From NCBI GenBank assembly GCA_017447775.1, contig JAFSMU010000014.1:5718-69717 (forward strand): 64,000 bases of DNA, written 5' to 3'. A program made the translations under genes and the position numbers. The notes below the pieces were generated by a model. The model was not told where the DNA came from and searched no databases. It was given only the letters and a program-made list of their open reading frames with translations. Source of the stretch: Clostridia bacterium (GTDB lineage: Bacteria; Bacillota; Clostridia; Oscillospirales; CAG-272). This document shows positions 36,666 to 45,622 of the stretch, one piece after another (the stretch's first letter is position 1; each line of letters opens with the position of its first letter).

Positions 36666-37900
36666 AATACGGCCTTATCGGCAACCCGCTTGTCCACAGC
36701 TTCTCGCTTGACATCCACAGCCGCATCGGAAAATACGACTACGAGCTTTGCCCGCTCCCCGAAAACGAGGTCGACGGATTTATGCGCCGCCGCGATTTTC
36801 TCGGAATAAACGTAACCATACCGTACAAACAGACGGTCATCCCTTACCTTGACGAAATAGACGACGCGGCGCAAAATATCGGCGCCGTCAACACGATAGT
36901 CAACAAAAACGGAAAACTTTGCGGCTACAACACCGACTTTTTCGGTATGCGCGCGCAGATATTGCGCGCATTCGGTGATTTTTCGGGCAAAAATGTCGCC
37001 GTGCTCGGCACGGGCGGCACAAGCAGAACGGCTCTTGCCGTTGCCAAAGATCTCGGCGCGAAAGAGGCTTTCCGCGTCAGCCGAAGCGGGCGCGACGGGG
37101 CGATAACGTATGAAGCTCTTTACGCCGAGCACGCAGACGTAAACGTTTTGATAAACACCTCCCCCGTCGGAATGTATCCGAATATTTACGCGTCGCCGAT
37201 AGAGCTTGACAGGTTCGGGGAGCTTTCGTTTGTTTTTGACGCGGTGTTCAATCCGCTTCGCACTCAGCTCGTCCTCGACGCGCGCCTTCGCGGAATAAAA
37301 GCGGAAGCGGGACTGTATATGCTCGTTTATCAGGGCGTGTGCGCCGCAGAGCGCTTCACCGGCGAGAAACTCCCCGACGGGACGGCGGACGCGATATTTT
37401 CTTCCATCGTTTCATCGCGCGAGAACATCGTGCTTATAGGTATGGCGTCAAGCGGCAAAACGACTATCGGGAACATGCTTGCCGAGCGGCTCGAAAGAAA
37501 CGTGTACGACACGGACAAGCTGATCGTCGAGCGCTTTGGTATTGGCGTTGCCGAAATATTCGACAAGTACGGCGAGGCTCGCTTCCGCGAAATAGAACGG
37601 CAGGTCGTATCGGACATATCAAAGGAAAGCGGGATCATAATCGCCACGGGCGGCGGGACGTCGCTTTTCCCAGAGAATGTTAAAAAGCTGCGCCAAAACG
37701 GCAAGCTTTACCTGCTTGACCGCTCGCCTGATCTGCTTACTCCGACGTTCGACCGCCCGCTTGCGCGCGACGTCGAAACGATGAAACGGCGCTATTACGA
37801 AAGATACGACGCGTATCACGCGGCGGCCGATGAGATCATAATAAACAACGGCGCGGCAAGCGACGCCGCCGACGCTATCGAAAGGATGCACGGAAAATGA
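36662..37900 (+). CDS. aroE-aroK: Fused shikimate dehydrogenase / shikimate kinase
   Basis: KYGLIGNPLVHSFS...GINVTIPYKQ...GAVNTIV...GYNTDFFG (AroE), then IVLIGMASSGKTTIGNMLAERL...DTD (AroK Walker A). The GTG start at 36662 overlaps the aroC stop. The longer track ORF starts inside aroC. Confidence 0.85.
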   Translation: MKYGLIGNPLVHSFSLDIHSRIGKYDYELCPLPENEVDGFMRRRDFLGINVTIPYKQTVIPYLDEIDDAAQNIGAVNTIVNKNGKLCGYNTDFFGMRAQILRAFGDFSGKNVAVLGTGGTSRTALAVAKDLGAKEAFRVSRSGRDGAITYEALYAEHADVNVLINTSPVGMYPNIYASPIELDRFGELSFVFDAVFNPLRTQLVLDARLRGIKAEAGLYMLVYQGVCAAERFTGEKLPDGTADAIFSSIVSSRENIVLIGMASSGKTTIGNMLAERLERNVYDTDKLIVERFGIGVAEIFDKYGEARFREIERQVVSDISKESGIIIATGGGTSLFPENVKKLRQNGKLYLLDRSPDLLTPTFDRPLARDVETMKRRYYERYDAYHAAADEIIINNGAASDAADAIERMHGK

Positions 37901-38334
37901 AAATTCTCGTTATAAACGGGCCGAACCTCAATATGCTCGGCATACGCGAGCCTGATATCTACGGACGCGAAACTTACTCGTCACTGTGCGAAAAAATACG
38001 CGCTCACGCGGAAAAAATCGCTGTTGATACCGAGATATATCAGTCGAATCACGAGGGCGACCTTGTCGACAAAATTCAGGCGGCGTACGGAAAATTTGAC
38101 GGTATAGTCATAAATCCCGCCGCGTATACGCACACAAGCGTCGCCCTGCTTGACGCGCTCAAAGCCGTCTGCATTCCCGCAGTCGAGGTTCATATATCCG
38201 ACGTTTCCTTGCGCGAGGATTTCAGGCAGATAAGCTATGTGCGCGCGGCGTGCGAGAAAACGATCTCGGGCCACGGGACCGATGGCTATCTTGAAGCGAT
38301 AGACTATCTTTTGGAGAAATACGGTGAAAGTTAA
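37897..38334 (+). CDS. aroQ: Type II 3-dehydroquinate dehydratase
   Basis: MKILVINGPNLNMLGIREPDIYG...QSNHEGDLVDKIQ...INPAAYTHTSVAL. Confidence 0.95.
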   Translation: MKILVINGPNLNMLGIREPDIYGRETYSSLCEKIRAHAEKIAVDTEIYQSNHEGDLVDKIQAAYGKFDGIVINPAAYTHTSVALLDALKAVCIPAVEVHISDVSLREDFRQISYVRAACEKTISGHGTDGYLEAIDYLLEKYGES

Positions 38335-39532
38335 AATTACCCCATCAATCATTTCGGGCAAGATCACAGCGCCGCCCTCAAAGAGCATGGCGCACCGCCT
38401 GCTTATATGCGCGGGGCTTTCAAGCGGGATAAGCACGGTAAAAAACGTCGCTCCGAGCGAGGACGTTCTCGCAACGCTCGACTGCCTTTCCGCGCTCGGA
38501 GATGTGTGCGAGAATGACGGCAAAAACGTCAAAGTTTGCGGCAAAGGTAAAATCGCGCCGCACGGCGAGATGCATTGCCGCGAGTGCGGCTCAACGCTGA
38601 GATTTTTTATCCCGATATGCCTTTTGTCAGAGGAAGAAACCGTGCTTTCGGGCAGCGAAAGATTGCTCTCTCGCCCGCTTGAAGTTTACGAAAAGATGTG
38701 CCGCGAGCGCGGACTGTTCTTTTCAAACGACGGTCGGCGCGTGCGCGTGCGCGGAAAGCTCACGCCCGGAAAATATTCGCTTGCGGGAAATGTGAGCAGT
38801 CAGTTTGTAAGCGGGCTGCTTTTTGCCCTGCCGACGCTCAATAATGACAGCGAGATAATCCTCGAGGGCGGAGTCGAAAGCCGCCCGTATATAGATATGA
38901 CGATATCGGCGCTTGAAAAGTTCGGCGTTTTTGCCGAGTGGCGCGACGAAAACAAAATATTTGTCCGCGGAAATCAAAAGTACGCTCCGGCAGACGTGAC
39001 CGTTGAGGGCGACTGCTCAAACGCCGCGTTTTTCGAGGCGCTGAACGCGCTCGGCGGGCACGTTCAGGTCAACGGTATAAGTGATGACACCGTTCAAGGC
39101 GACAAAATATACGGCGAGTACATCGCCGCACTGAAAAACGGCACGCCGACGCTCTCCCTTGCCGACTGCCCGGACCTCGGGCCGATAATGTTCGCCGTTG
39201 CCGCCATAAAAAACGGCGCGACGTTTACAAATACTCGCAGGCTGAAAATAAAAGAGAGCGACCGTGTTTTGTCGATGGCGGCGGAGCTTTCAAAATTTGG
39301 AGCTGAGCTTGAAATTTTTGACGACAGCGTGATAATAAAAAGCGCGCCGCTTCATCGTCCCGAAGTCGAGCTTTACTCGCACAACGATCACAGAGTCGCC
39401 ATGGCGCTTTCCGTTCTTATGACAAAATACGGCGGCGTGCTTGACGGCGCGGAAGCCGTCAAAAAGAGCATGCCCGATTTTTACGACGCAATTTCGTCGC
39501 TCGGCGCGGAGGTTGAATTTTATGATAGATAA
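38324..39532 (+). CDS. aroA: 3-phosphoshikimate 1-carboxyvinyltransferase (EPSP synthase)
   Basis: PPSKSMAHRLLICAGL, GSTLRF, SSQFVSGLLFALP, KESDR and HNDHRVAMAL. Confidence 0.9.
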   Translation: MKVKITPSIISGKITAPPSKSMAHRLLICAGLSSGISTVKNVAPSEDVLATLDCLSALGDVCENDGKNVKVCGKGKIAPHGEMHCRECGSTLRFFIPICLLSEEETVLSGSERLLSRPLEVYEKMCRERGLFFSNDGRRVRVRGKLTPGKYSLAGNVSSQFVSGLLFALPTLNNDSEIILEGGVESRPYIDMTISALEKFGVFAEWRDENKIFVRGNQKYAPADVTVEGDCSNAAFFEALNALGGHVQVNGISDDTVQGDKIYGEYIAALKNGTPTLSLADCPDLGPIMFAVAAIKNGATFTNTRRLKIKESDRVLSMAAELSKFGAELEIFDDSVIIKSAPLHRPEVELYSHNDHRVAMALSVLMTKYGGVLDGAEAVKKSMPDFYDAISSLGAEVEFYDR

Positions 39533-40376
39533 AAGCACAAAATTTATGATAGTCGGACTCGGTCTTATCGGCGGCTCGTACGCGCGGGCGCTGAAAAAGC
39601 AGGGATATCACGTCGAAGCGACGGACACGCGGCGCGAGTCGATAGAATACGCCGAAAAAAACGGCATTATCGACAAAGGCTATACAGAATTGTCGCCCGA
39701 GGCGATATCGGGCGCGGATATTATCGTATTTGCGCTTTACCCGAAAAAACTTCTCGACGAGATTCCGAAATATGCCCCATATTTCAAAAAAGGCGCGATA
39801 ATAACCGACGTTACGGGCGTAAAGTCGTGCGTCGTGTACAATGTGCAAAGCGCCATTCCCGACAACGCGGAATTCATCTCGGCGCACCCGATGGCGGGGC
39901 GCGAGGTGTACGGCGTTGAGAACTCCGACGAAAAGATTTTTGTCGGCGCGAACTTTATCGTCGTGCCGACGAAAAAGAACACCGAGCGAGCGATAGAAGA
40001 ATGTAAAAAGCTAGGAATAACGCTCGGATTTGCACGGATTTCTGTGCTTTCGCCCGAGGAACACGACGAGATGGTAGGCTTTGTATCCCAGCTTACGCAC
40101 TGCATCGCCGTCAGCCTTATGACCTGCTCCGACAACACGCACCTTTGCGATTACACGGGCGACTCGTTCCGCGATCTTACAAGGATCGCGCGCATAAACG
40201 AGGATATGTGGAGCGAGCTGTTCCTTATGAACAAAGACGCGCTGCTTCACCAGATGGACACGTTTGCCGCCGAATTTTCGACGCTGCGCGACTTGCTTGC
40301 AAAAAGCGACGCCGAAGGACTGAAAGAAAAAATGCGCGTTTCGACAGAGCGACGCGCGTGGTTTGATAAAAAGTGA
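39522..40376 (+). CDS. tyrA: Prephenate dehydrogenase
   Basis: FMIVGLGLIGGSYARALKKQG (Rossmann), SAHPMAGRE and SPEEHDEMVGFVSQLTH. The start is at ATG 39522 after GGAGG. Confidence 0.85.
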   Translation: MIDKSTKFMIVGLGLIGGSYARALKKQGYHVEATDTRRESIEYAEKNGIIDKGYTELSPEAISGADIIVFALYPKKLLDEIPKYAPYFKKGAIITDVTGVKSCVVYNVQSAIPDNAEFISAHPMAGREVYGVENSDEKIFVGANFIVVPTKKNTERAIEECKKLGITLGFARISVLSPEEHDEMVGFVSQLTHCIAVSLMTCSDNTHLCDYTGDSFRDLTRIARINEDMWSELFLMNKDALLHQMDTFAAEFSTLRDLLAKSDAEGLKEKMRVSTERRAWFDKK

Positions 40377-40386
40377 GGTAATTTTT

Positions 40387-41415
40387 ATGAATATGATTTT
40401 TGAACGCAAGCTCGCAATACCGATGGAGGTTAAGGAAATGTACCCGCTCACCTCCGAAATGTCCGCTATTTTCGAGCGGCGCGACGTCGAGCTGAAAAAG
40501 ATCCTTTCCGGCGAGGACGACAGGTTCCTCCTCATCATCGGGCCTTGCTCGGCTGACAACGAGGACAGCGTTATCGACTATATCTCCCGTTTGCGCGAAG
40601 TGCAGGAAAAGGTGAAGGACAAAATTTTCATCGTTCCGCGCATATATACCAACAAGCCGCGCACGACGGGCGACGGCTACAAGGGTATGCTCCACCAGCC
40701 CGATCCGACGGCAAAGCCCGATATGTTCAAGGGCATTGTCGCAATCCGCGAGCTTCACATGAGGGCGATAAAGGAAACGGGCTTTACCTGCGCCGATGAA
40801 ATGCTCTACCCCGAAAATCACAAATACATCGACGATATGCTGGCATACGTCGCCGTCGGCGCGCGCTCTGTGGAAAATCAGCAGCACAGACTTACGGCGA
40901 GCGGCATCGAGGTGCCCGTCGGAATGAAAAACCCGACAAGCGGCGATATTTCCGTTATGTTCAACGCTATAACGGCGGCGCAGCACAAGCACACGTTCAT
41001 TTATCGCGGCTGGGAGGCGCACTCGCAGGGCAACCCGTACGCTCACGCTATTTTGCGCGGATATATGAACAAGCACGGCCAGACGATGCCGAACTATCAC
41101 TACGAGGACCTTGCAAACGTGTGCGAGGCATATATGTCAAAGGGTTTGTCCAACCCCGCCGTCATCATCGACACAAACCACTCAAACTCCGGCAAAAACC
41201 CGTTTGAGCAGGTCAGAATAGCAAAGGAAGTCCTTGCAAGCCGCGCGTACCGCGACGACATCAAAAAAATGGTAAAAGGATTTATGATAGAAAGCTATAT
41301 CGAGGACGGCGCGCAAAAGATAGGCGAGGGCGTTTACGGAAAATCAATAACCGACGCCTGCCTCGGCTGGGACAAGAGCGAGCGTCTTATTTACGACATC
41401 GCGGAAAAGTGCTGA
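40387..41415 (+). CDS. aroF: 3-deoxy-7-phosphoheptulonate (DAHP) synthase, type I
   Basis: LLIIGPCSADNEDSVIDY, PRIYTNKPRTTGDGYKGM, VGARSVENQQHR and IIDTNHSNSGK. Confidence 0.85.
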   Translation: MNMIFERKLAIPMEVKEMYPLTSEMSAIFERRDVELKKILSGEDDRFLLIIGPCSADNEDSVIDYISRLREVQEKVKDKIFIVPRIYTNKPRTTGDGYKGMLHQPDPTAKPDMFKGIVAIRELHMRAIKETGFTCADEMLYPENHKYIDDMLAYVAVGARSVENQQHRLTASGIEVPVGMKNPTSGDISVMFNAITAAQHKHTFIYRGWEAHSQGNPYAHAILRGYMNKHGQTMPNYHYEDLANVCEAYMSKGLSNPAVIIDTNHSNSGKNPFEQVRIAKEVLASRAYRDDIKKMVKGFMIESYIEDGAQKIGEGVYGKSITDACLGWDKSERLIYDIAEKC

Positions 41416-41510
41416 TATGCGCTTTTCTCTATGAAATCGGGCGTTTTTCCTCTTTACTTTTTCAATTCTTTGTGATAGAATAACAAGGCACAAATCAAAA
41501 AGAGGACATT

Positions 41511-42425
41511 ATGAACAAAAAGGACGGAATAAAGGTTTACGCCGAAATGACGCTTGGCGCGATCATCGAGGCGTTTGCCATACACTTTTTCAAAATACCG
41601 AACAACTTCTCGGCGGGCGGCGTTTCGGGACTCGGCATCCTTATAGGCAAGCTGTTTCAGGGCACCTCACTTGAAGTTATCGACACGTCGACGGTAATAT
41701 TTATTCTGAACATACTGTTTCTTGTGCTGGGGTGGATATTCCTCGGCAAAAGAATGGGCGTTAAAACGATATACTGCACGCTTGTTTACACGCTTGTGCT
41801 TGAACTGCTCGGCAAGGTGTGGAAAATGGACGCGCCGTTTACAAACGACACGTTCCTTGAGCTTATCCTCAGCTTCGTTATCGAGTCGATAGGCATCGCG
41901 CTCTTCGTCAGAAACGGCGGCTCAACAGGCGGCACGAGCATTATTGCGCTGATAATAAACAAATATGCAAAAGTCGGCTTCGGTACGTCGACGCTCGTTA
42001 CAGATATACTCATTGTCGGCGCGACGTTCTTCATTTTCGACATTCGCACGGGACTTTACGCGCTTGTAGGACTTGTGCTTAAATCGTTCTGCTCACAGCT
42101 CGTTATCGACGCGCTCAACAGGCGCAAGAATGTGATGATCGTAACGACTCACCCGGATGAGATCGCGCACTACATTAACGAGAACGTCCACCGCGGCGCA
42201 ACCGAATGGCAAGGCAAAGGCGCGTTCACCGATGACGGCAGGACGATCATTATATCCGTTATGACGAATATGCAGGCGGCAAAAGTCAGCGCTTATTCAA
42301 AAAAGGTCGATCCGCACGCGTTCATTATCATAAACAACACCCACGAAATATACGGAAAAGGCTTTATGTCGCTTGACGACGATGTGCCGAAAAATAAAAA
42401 CAAATCAAACGAAACGAACGGATAA
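41511..42425 (+). CDS. YitT family membrane protein (DUF2179 C-terminal domain)
   Basis: FFKIPNNFSAGGVSGLGILI, a multi-TM N-terminal half and a soluble C-terminal domain. Confidence 0.75.
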   Translation: MNKKDGIKVYAEMTLGAIIEAFAIHFFKIPNNFSAGGVSGLGILIGKLFQGTSLEVIDTSTVIFILNILFLVLGWIFLGKRMGVKTIYCTLVYTLVLELLGKVWKMDAPFTNDTFLELILSFVIESIGIALFVRNGGSTGGTSIIALIINKYAKVGFGTSTLVTDILIVGATFFIFDIRTGLYALVGLVLKSFCSQLVIDALNRRKNVMIVTTHPDEIAHYINENVHRGATEWQGKGAFTDDGRTIIISVMTNMQAAKVSAYSKKVDPHAFIIINNTHEIYGKGFMSLDDDVPKNKNKSNETNG

Positions 42426-42441
42426 AAACCGTTCGTTTTTA
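42412..42441 (+). terminator. Rho-independent terminator
   Basis: AAACGAACGG-ATAAAAA-CCGTTCGTTT-TTAT. The stop codon sits in the loop. Confidence 0.6.
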
Positions 42442-42514
42442 TTTGCAAAATCATTGAAAAACAGCGCCGTTTATGATATATTATATTTGAATAAGAATCT
42501 TTCGGAGGCAATTT

Positions 42515-43852
42515 ATGGAATTCAAAATCGGCGATCTTATCGCGCGCGGCGAATTTTTGTGCGCGTGCGGAAAAGTTCACAGACCAAAAATAAAGAAAGC
42601 GATTATCGGCGAGGGCGTTATATCGTCCCTTCCCGACGAGATACGCGAGCTTGGCGGCACAAAGGCGTTTGTCATCTGCGATCCCAACACATACAAGGCG
42701 GCGGGCGAACGCGTTGAAAAGATACTTTCCGACGCAAAAATACCGCACACACTGTATTCTTTCCGCGAGGGGCATCCCGAACCGGACGAAAAGGCTGTCG
42801 GCTCGGTAATTCTGCACTATGACAGCTCCTGCGATATCATCATCGGCGTGGGCTCCGGCGTTGTAAACGACATCGGCAAGATCGTCGCCGACGTGGCGCA
42901 CGCGCCGTATATCATCGTCGGAACGGCGCCATCAATGGACGGATATGCGTCGGGCACGTCAAGCGTCATACGCGACAACCTCAAAGTCAGCGTCAATTCG
43001 CACTGCCCCGACGTCGTCATAGGCGACCTCGATATTCTCGCCGACGCGCCAATGCACATGATACAGTCGGGTATGGGCGACATGATAGCAAAATACATCA
43101 GTATCGCCGAGTGGAAGATATCGAAGATAATCAACGACGAGTACTTCTGCGATGAAACGGCAAATCTTATCCTCGCAGGGCTTGACAAATGCGTAAAGAG
43201 CGCCCGCGGCATCGCACGCCGCGACAAAGAGGCGGTGCGCGCCGTTATGGAGGGGATGGTGCTTTCGGGCGTTGCGGCGAACTACGCCGGCGTTTCCCGC
43301 CCCGTTTCGGGCATGGAGCATTATTTCTCGCACGTATGGGATATGCGTATGGTCGAGTTCGGCACGACAGCCGACCTTCACGGAATACAGTGCGGCATCG
43401 GCACGATCGACTGCGTCAAGGTTTACGACGAGATCAAAAAGCTTGTGCCGGACCGCGAAAAGGCCCTTGCTTACGTTTCGGCATTCGACTACGAAAAATG
43501 GTCGGAAACACTCAAAAAATGGCTTGGTCACGGTGCTGATCAGATGATAATAAACGAGCAAAAGGAAAAGAAATACGACAAGGCGGCGCACGCGGCTCGC
43601 CTTGAAAAGATAATTTCCCACTGGGACGAGATCATAGCCGTTATAAACGAACTGCCGAGCGTCACGGAGCTTGAAAAGCTGTTTGACACGATCGGCGCGC
43701 CAAAGACAGTCGATGAGATCGGCGTTTCACGCGAGGCGGAAGCGGCGGCGTTCCCCATAACCAAAGACATCCGCGACAAATATATCGGCTCGCGCCTGCT
43801 GTGGGATATAGGCGAGCTTGAAAACGTACAGAAAATCGTTTTTCCCGTTTAA
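42515..43852 (+). CDS. Iron-containing alcohol dehydrogenase family protein, sn-glycerol-1-phosphate dehydrogenase (AraM/EgsA)-like
   Basis: CACGKVHRP...IIGEGVISSLP N-terminus, IIGVGSGVVNDIGK glycine motif, and His-rich metal-site patterns (HYFSHVWD, HGIQCG). The subfamily call is from recollection. Confidence 0.6.
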   Translation: MEFKIGDLIARGEFLCACGKVHRPKIKKAIIGEGVISSLPDEIRELGGTKAFVICDPNTYKAAGERVEKILSDAKIPHTLYSFREGHPEPDEKAVGSVILHYDSSCDIIIGVGSGVVNDIGKIVADVAHAPYIIVGTAPSMDGYASGTSSVIRDNLKVSVNSHCPDVVIGDLDILADAPMHMIQSGMGDMIAKYISIAEWKISKIINDEYFCDETANLILAGLDKCVKSARGIARRDKEAVRAVMEGMVLSGVAANYAGVSRPVSGMEHYFSHVWDMRMVEFGTTADLHGIQCGIGTIDCVKVYDEIKKLVPDREKALAYVSAFDYEKWSETLKKWLGHGADQMIINEQKEKKYDKAAHAARLEKIISHWDEIIAVINELPSVTELEKLFDTIGAPKTVDEIGVSREAEAAAFPITKDIRDKYIGSRLLWDIGELENVQKIVFPV

Positions 43853-43866
43853 GAAAGGAGCAAAAA

Positions 43867-45579
43867 ATGAACACACCGAGACCTGAATACCCGAATCCTC
43901 AGTTTGAAAGAGCAAACTGGGTAAACCTCAACGGCGAATGGGAGTTTGAGATCGACAACACAAAAACAGGAGTTGAACGCGGAATACTCGAGCGCCCGCT
44001 TTCGTCGAAAATAGTCGTTCCGTTCTGCCCGGAGAGTTCGCTTTCCGGCATTGGCAACACGGATTTTATGAACAGCGTGTTCTACCGCCGCACCTTTACA
44101 GCCGAAAAAAAGAGCTGCGAGCGCATCTTTTTGCACGTCGGCGCGTGCGATTTTGAAACTACCGTATGGGTAAACAAAAAAATGGTCGGCAAGCACGTCG
44201 GCGGTTATTCGCATTTTTCCTTTGATATTACACAATACGTAAACGACGGCGAAAACGTCCTCGATATTCGCGCCGTTGACGACACGGCGAGCATGCTTCA
44301 ACCGTCCGGCAAGCAAAGCACGGGTTACTTTTCGCGCGGATGCAACTACACGCGCACAACGGGTATCTGGCAAACGGTCTGGCTTGAATTTACGCCTGTC
44401 GAATATATAAAAGAGATGAAGATCTACCCCGACGTTGACGACTGCTCGGTAACGCTTTCGTTTGAGCTTTGCGGCAAAGGCAAGCTCTCGGCAGTGGCTA
44501 AATACGAGGGAGCGGTTGTCGGCGCGGCGGAAATCTTGTGCGCCGATTACAACGCAATGCTTAAAATCGACCTTTCGGAAGCGCACCTTTGGGAGCTTGG
44601 CGCGGGCAGACTTTACGACCTTGAAATATCGTTTGGAGATGATAAGGTAAAGAGCTATTTCGGACTCAGAAAAGTATCGCTTGACAACGCGTTCCGTCTT
44701 AACGGAAAGTCCGTGTTTCAGCGCACGGTGCTCGATCAGGGGTTTTACCCCGACGGCATCTACACCGCGCCCGACGAGGCGGCGCTTGTGCGCGACATCG
44801 AGCTTTCAATGGCGGCGGGATTCAACGGCGCGCGTCTGCACCAGAAAGTGTTTGAGCCGCGCTTCCTCTACCATTGCGACAGGCTCGGATATATGGTCTG
44901 GGGCGAATATCCGAACTGGGGACTCGGCCACGCCGACGCTATGTGCCTGACAACTTTCGTTCCCGAATGGATAGAGGTGCTGCGCCGCGACTTCAACCAT
45001 CCGTCCATCATCGGCTGGTGCCCGTTCAACGAAACGTGGAACCTTGCGTCGCAGCGCTACGCAATACAGATAAACGAAGTTTTGCTTATAGCATACGAGG
45101 TAACAAAGGCGTTTGACTCAACGCGCCCGTGCATCGACACGTCGGGCAACTACCACGTAAAGACAGACATTTACGACATTCACGACTATGAGCAAAACGT
45201 TGAAATTTACCGCGAACGCTACAAAAAGCTGAACGACGAGGGCGAGCTTTACGACAAGTTCCACGAGCGCCAGCACTGGCTCGGCCAGCCCGTTTTCGTT
45301 TCCGAATACGGCGGTATCGGACTTCACATTCCCGAAAAAACAGACGAGGCGTGGTGCTATGGCAACGCCGCAAAGACGTATGAGGAATTTTACGAAAGAT
45401 ATGCGGGGCTTACCGACGCGATGCTCGACTGCAAGAACCTTATAGGCTTTTGCTACACGCAGCTTTACGACATCGAACAGGAGCAAAACGGCATTTACAC
45501 GTACGAGCGCGAGCCGAAGGTGGATATTGCCCGCCTGCGCGCGATAAATTCGCGCCGCGCGGCGATCGAAGAAGAATAA
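43867..45579 (+). CDS. Glycoside hydrolase family 2 protein
   Basis: PEYPNPQFERANWVNLNGEWEFE, WVNKKMVGKHVGGYSHFSFDIT, GARLHQKVFEPRFLYHCDRLGYMVW and CPFNE. Confidence 0.75.
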   Translation: MNTPRPEYPNPQFERANWVNLNGEWEFEIDNTKTGVERGILERPLSSKIVVPFCPESSLSGIGNTDFMNSVFYRRTFTAEKKSCERIFLHVGACDFETTVWVNKKMVGKHVGGYSHFSFDITQYVNDGENVLDIRAVDDTASMLQPSGKQSTGYFSRGCNYTRTTGIWQTVWLEFTPVEYIKEMKIYPDVDDCSVTLSFELCGKGKLSAVAKYEGAVVGAAEILCADYNAMLKIDLSEAHLWELGAGRLYDLEISFGDDKVKSYFGLRKVSLDNAFRLNGKSVFQRTVLDQGFYPDGIYTAPDEAALVRDIELSMAAGFNGARLHQKVFEPRFLYHCDRLGYMVWGEYPNWGLGHADAMCLTTFVPEWIEVLRRDFNHPSIIGWCPFNETWNLASQRYAIQINEVLLIAYEVTKAFDSTRPCIDTSGNYHVKTDIYDIHDYEQNVEIYRERYKKLNDEGELYDKFHERQHWLGQPVFVSEYGGIGLHIPEKTDEAWCYGNAAKTYEEFYERYAGLTDAMLDCKNLIGFCYTQLYDIEQEQNGIYTYEREPKVDIARLRAINSRRAAIEEE

Positions 45580-45587
45580 ACACAACA

Positions 45588-45612
45588 CAGGCGGCTTATG
45601 CCGCCTGCTTTA
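45588..45612 (+). terminator. Hairpin, weak terminator candidate
   Basis: CAGGCGGC-TTAT-GCCGCCTG-CTTTAT. The T-tract is poor and the GH95 start is only 11 nt downstream. Confidence 0.4.
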
Positions 45613-45622
45613 TAACTACGAT

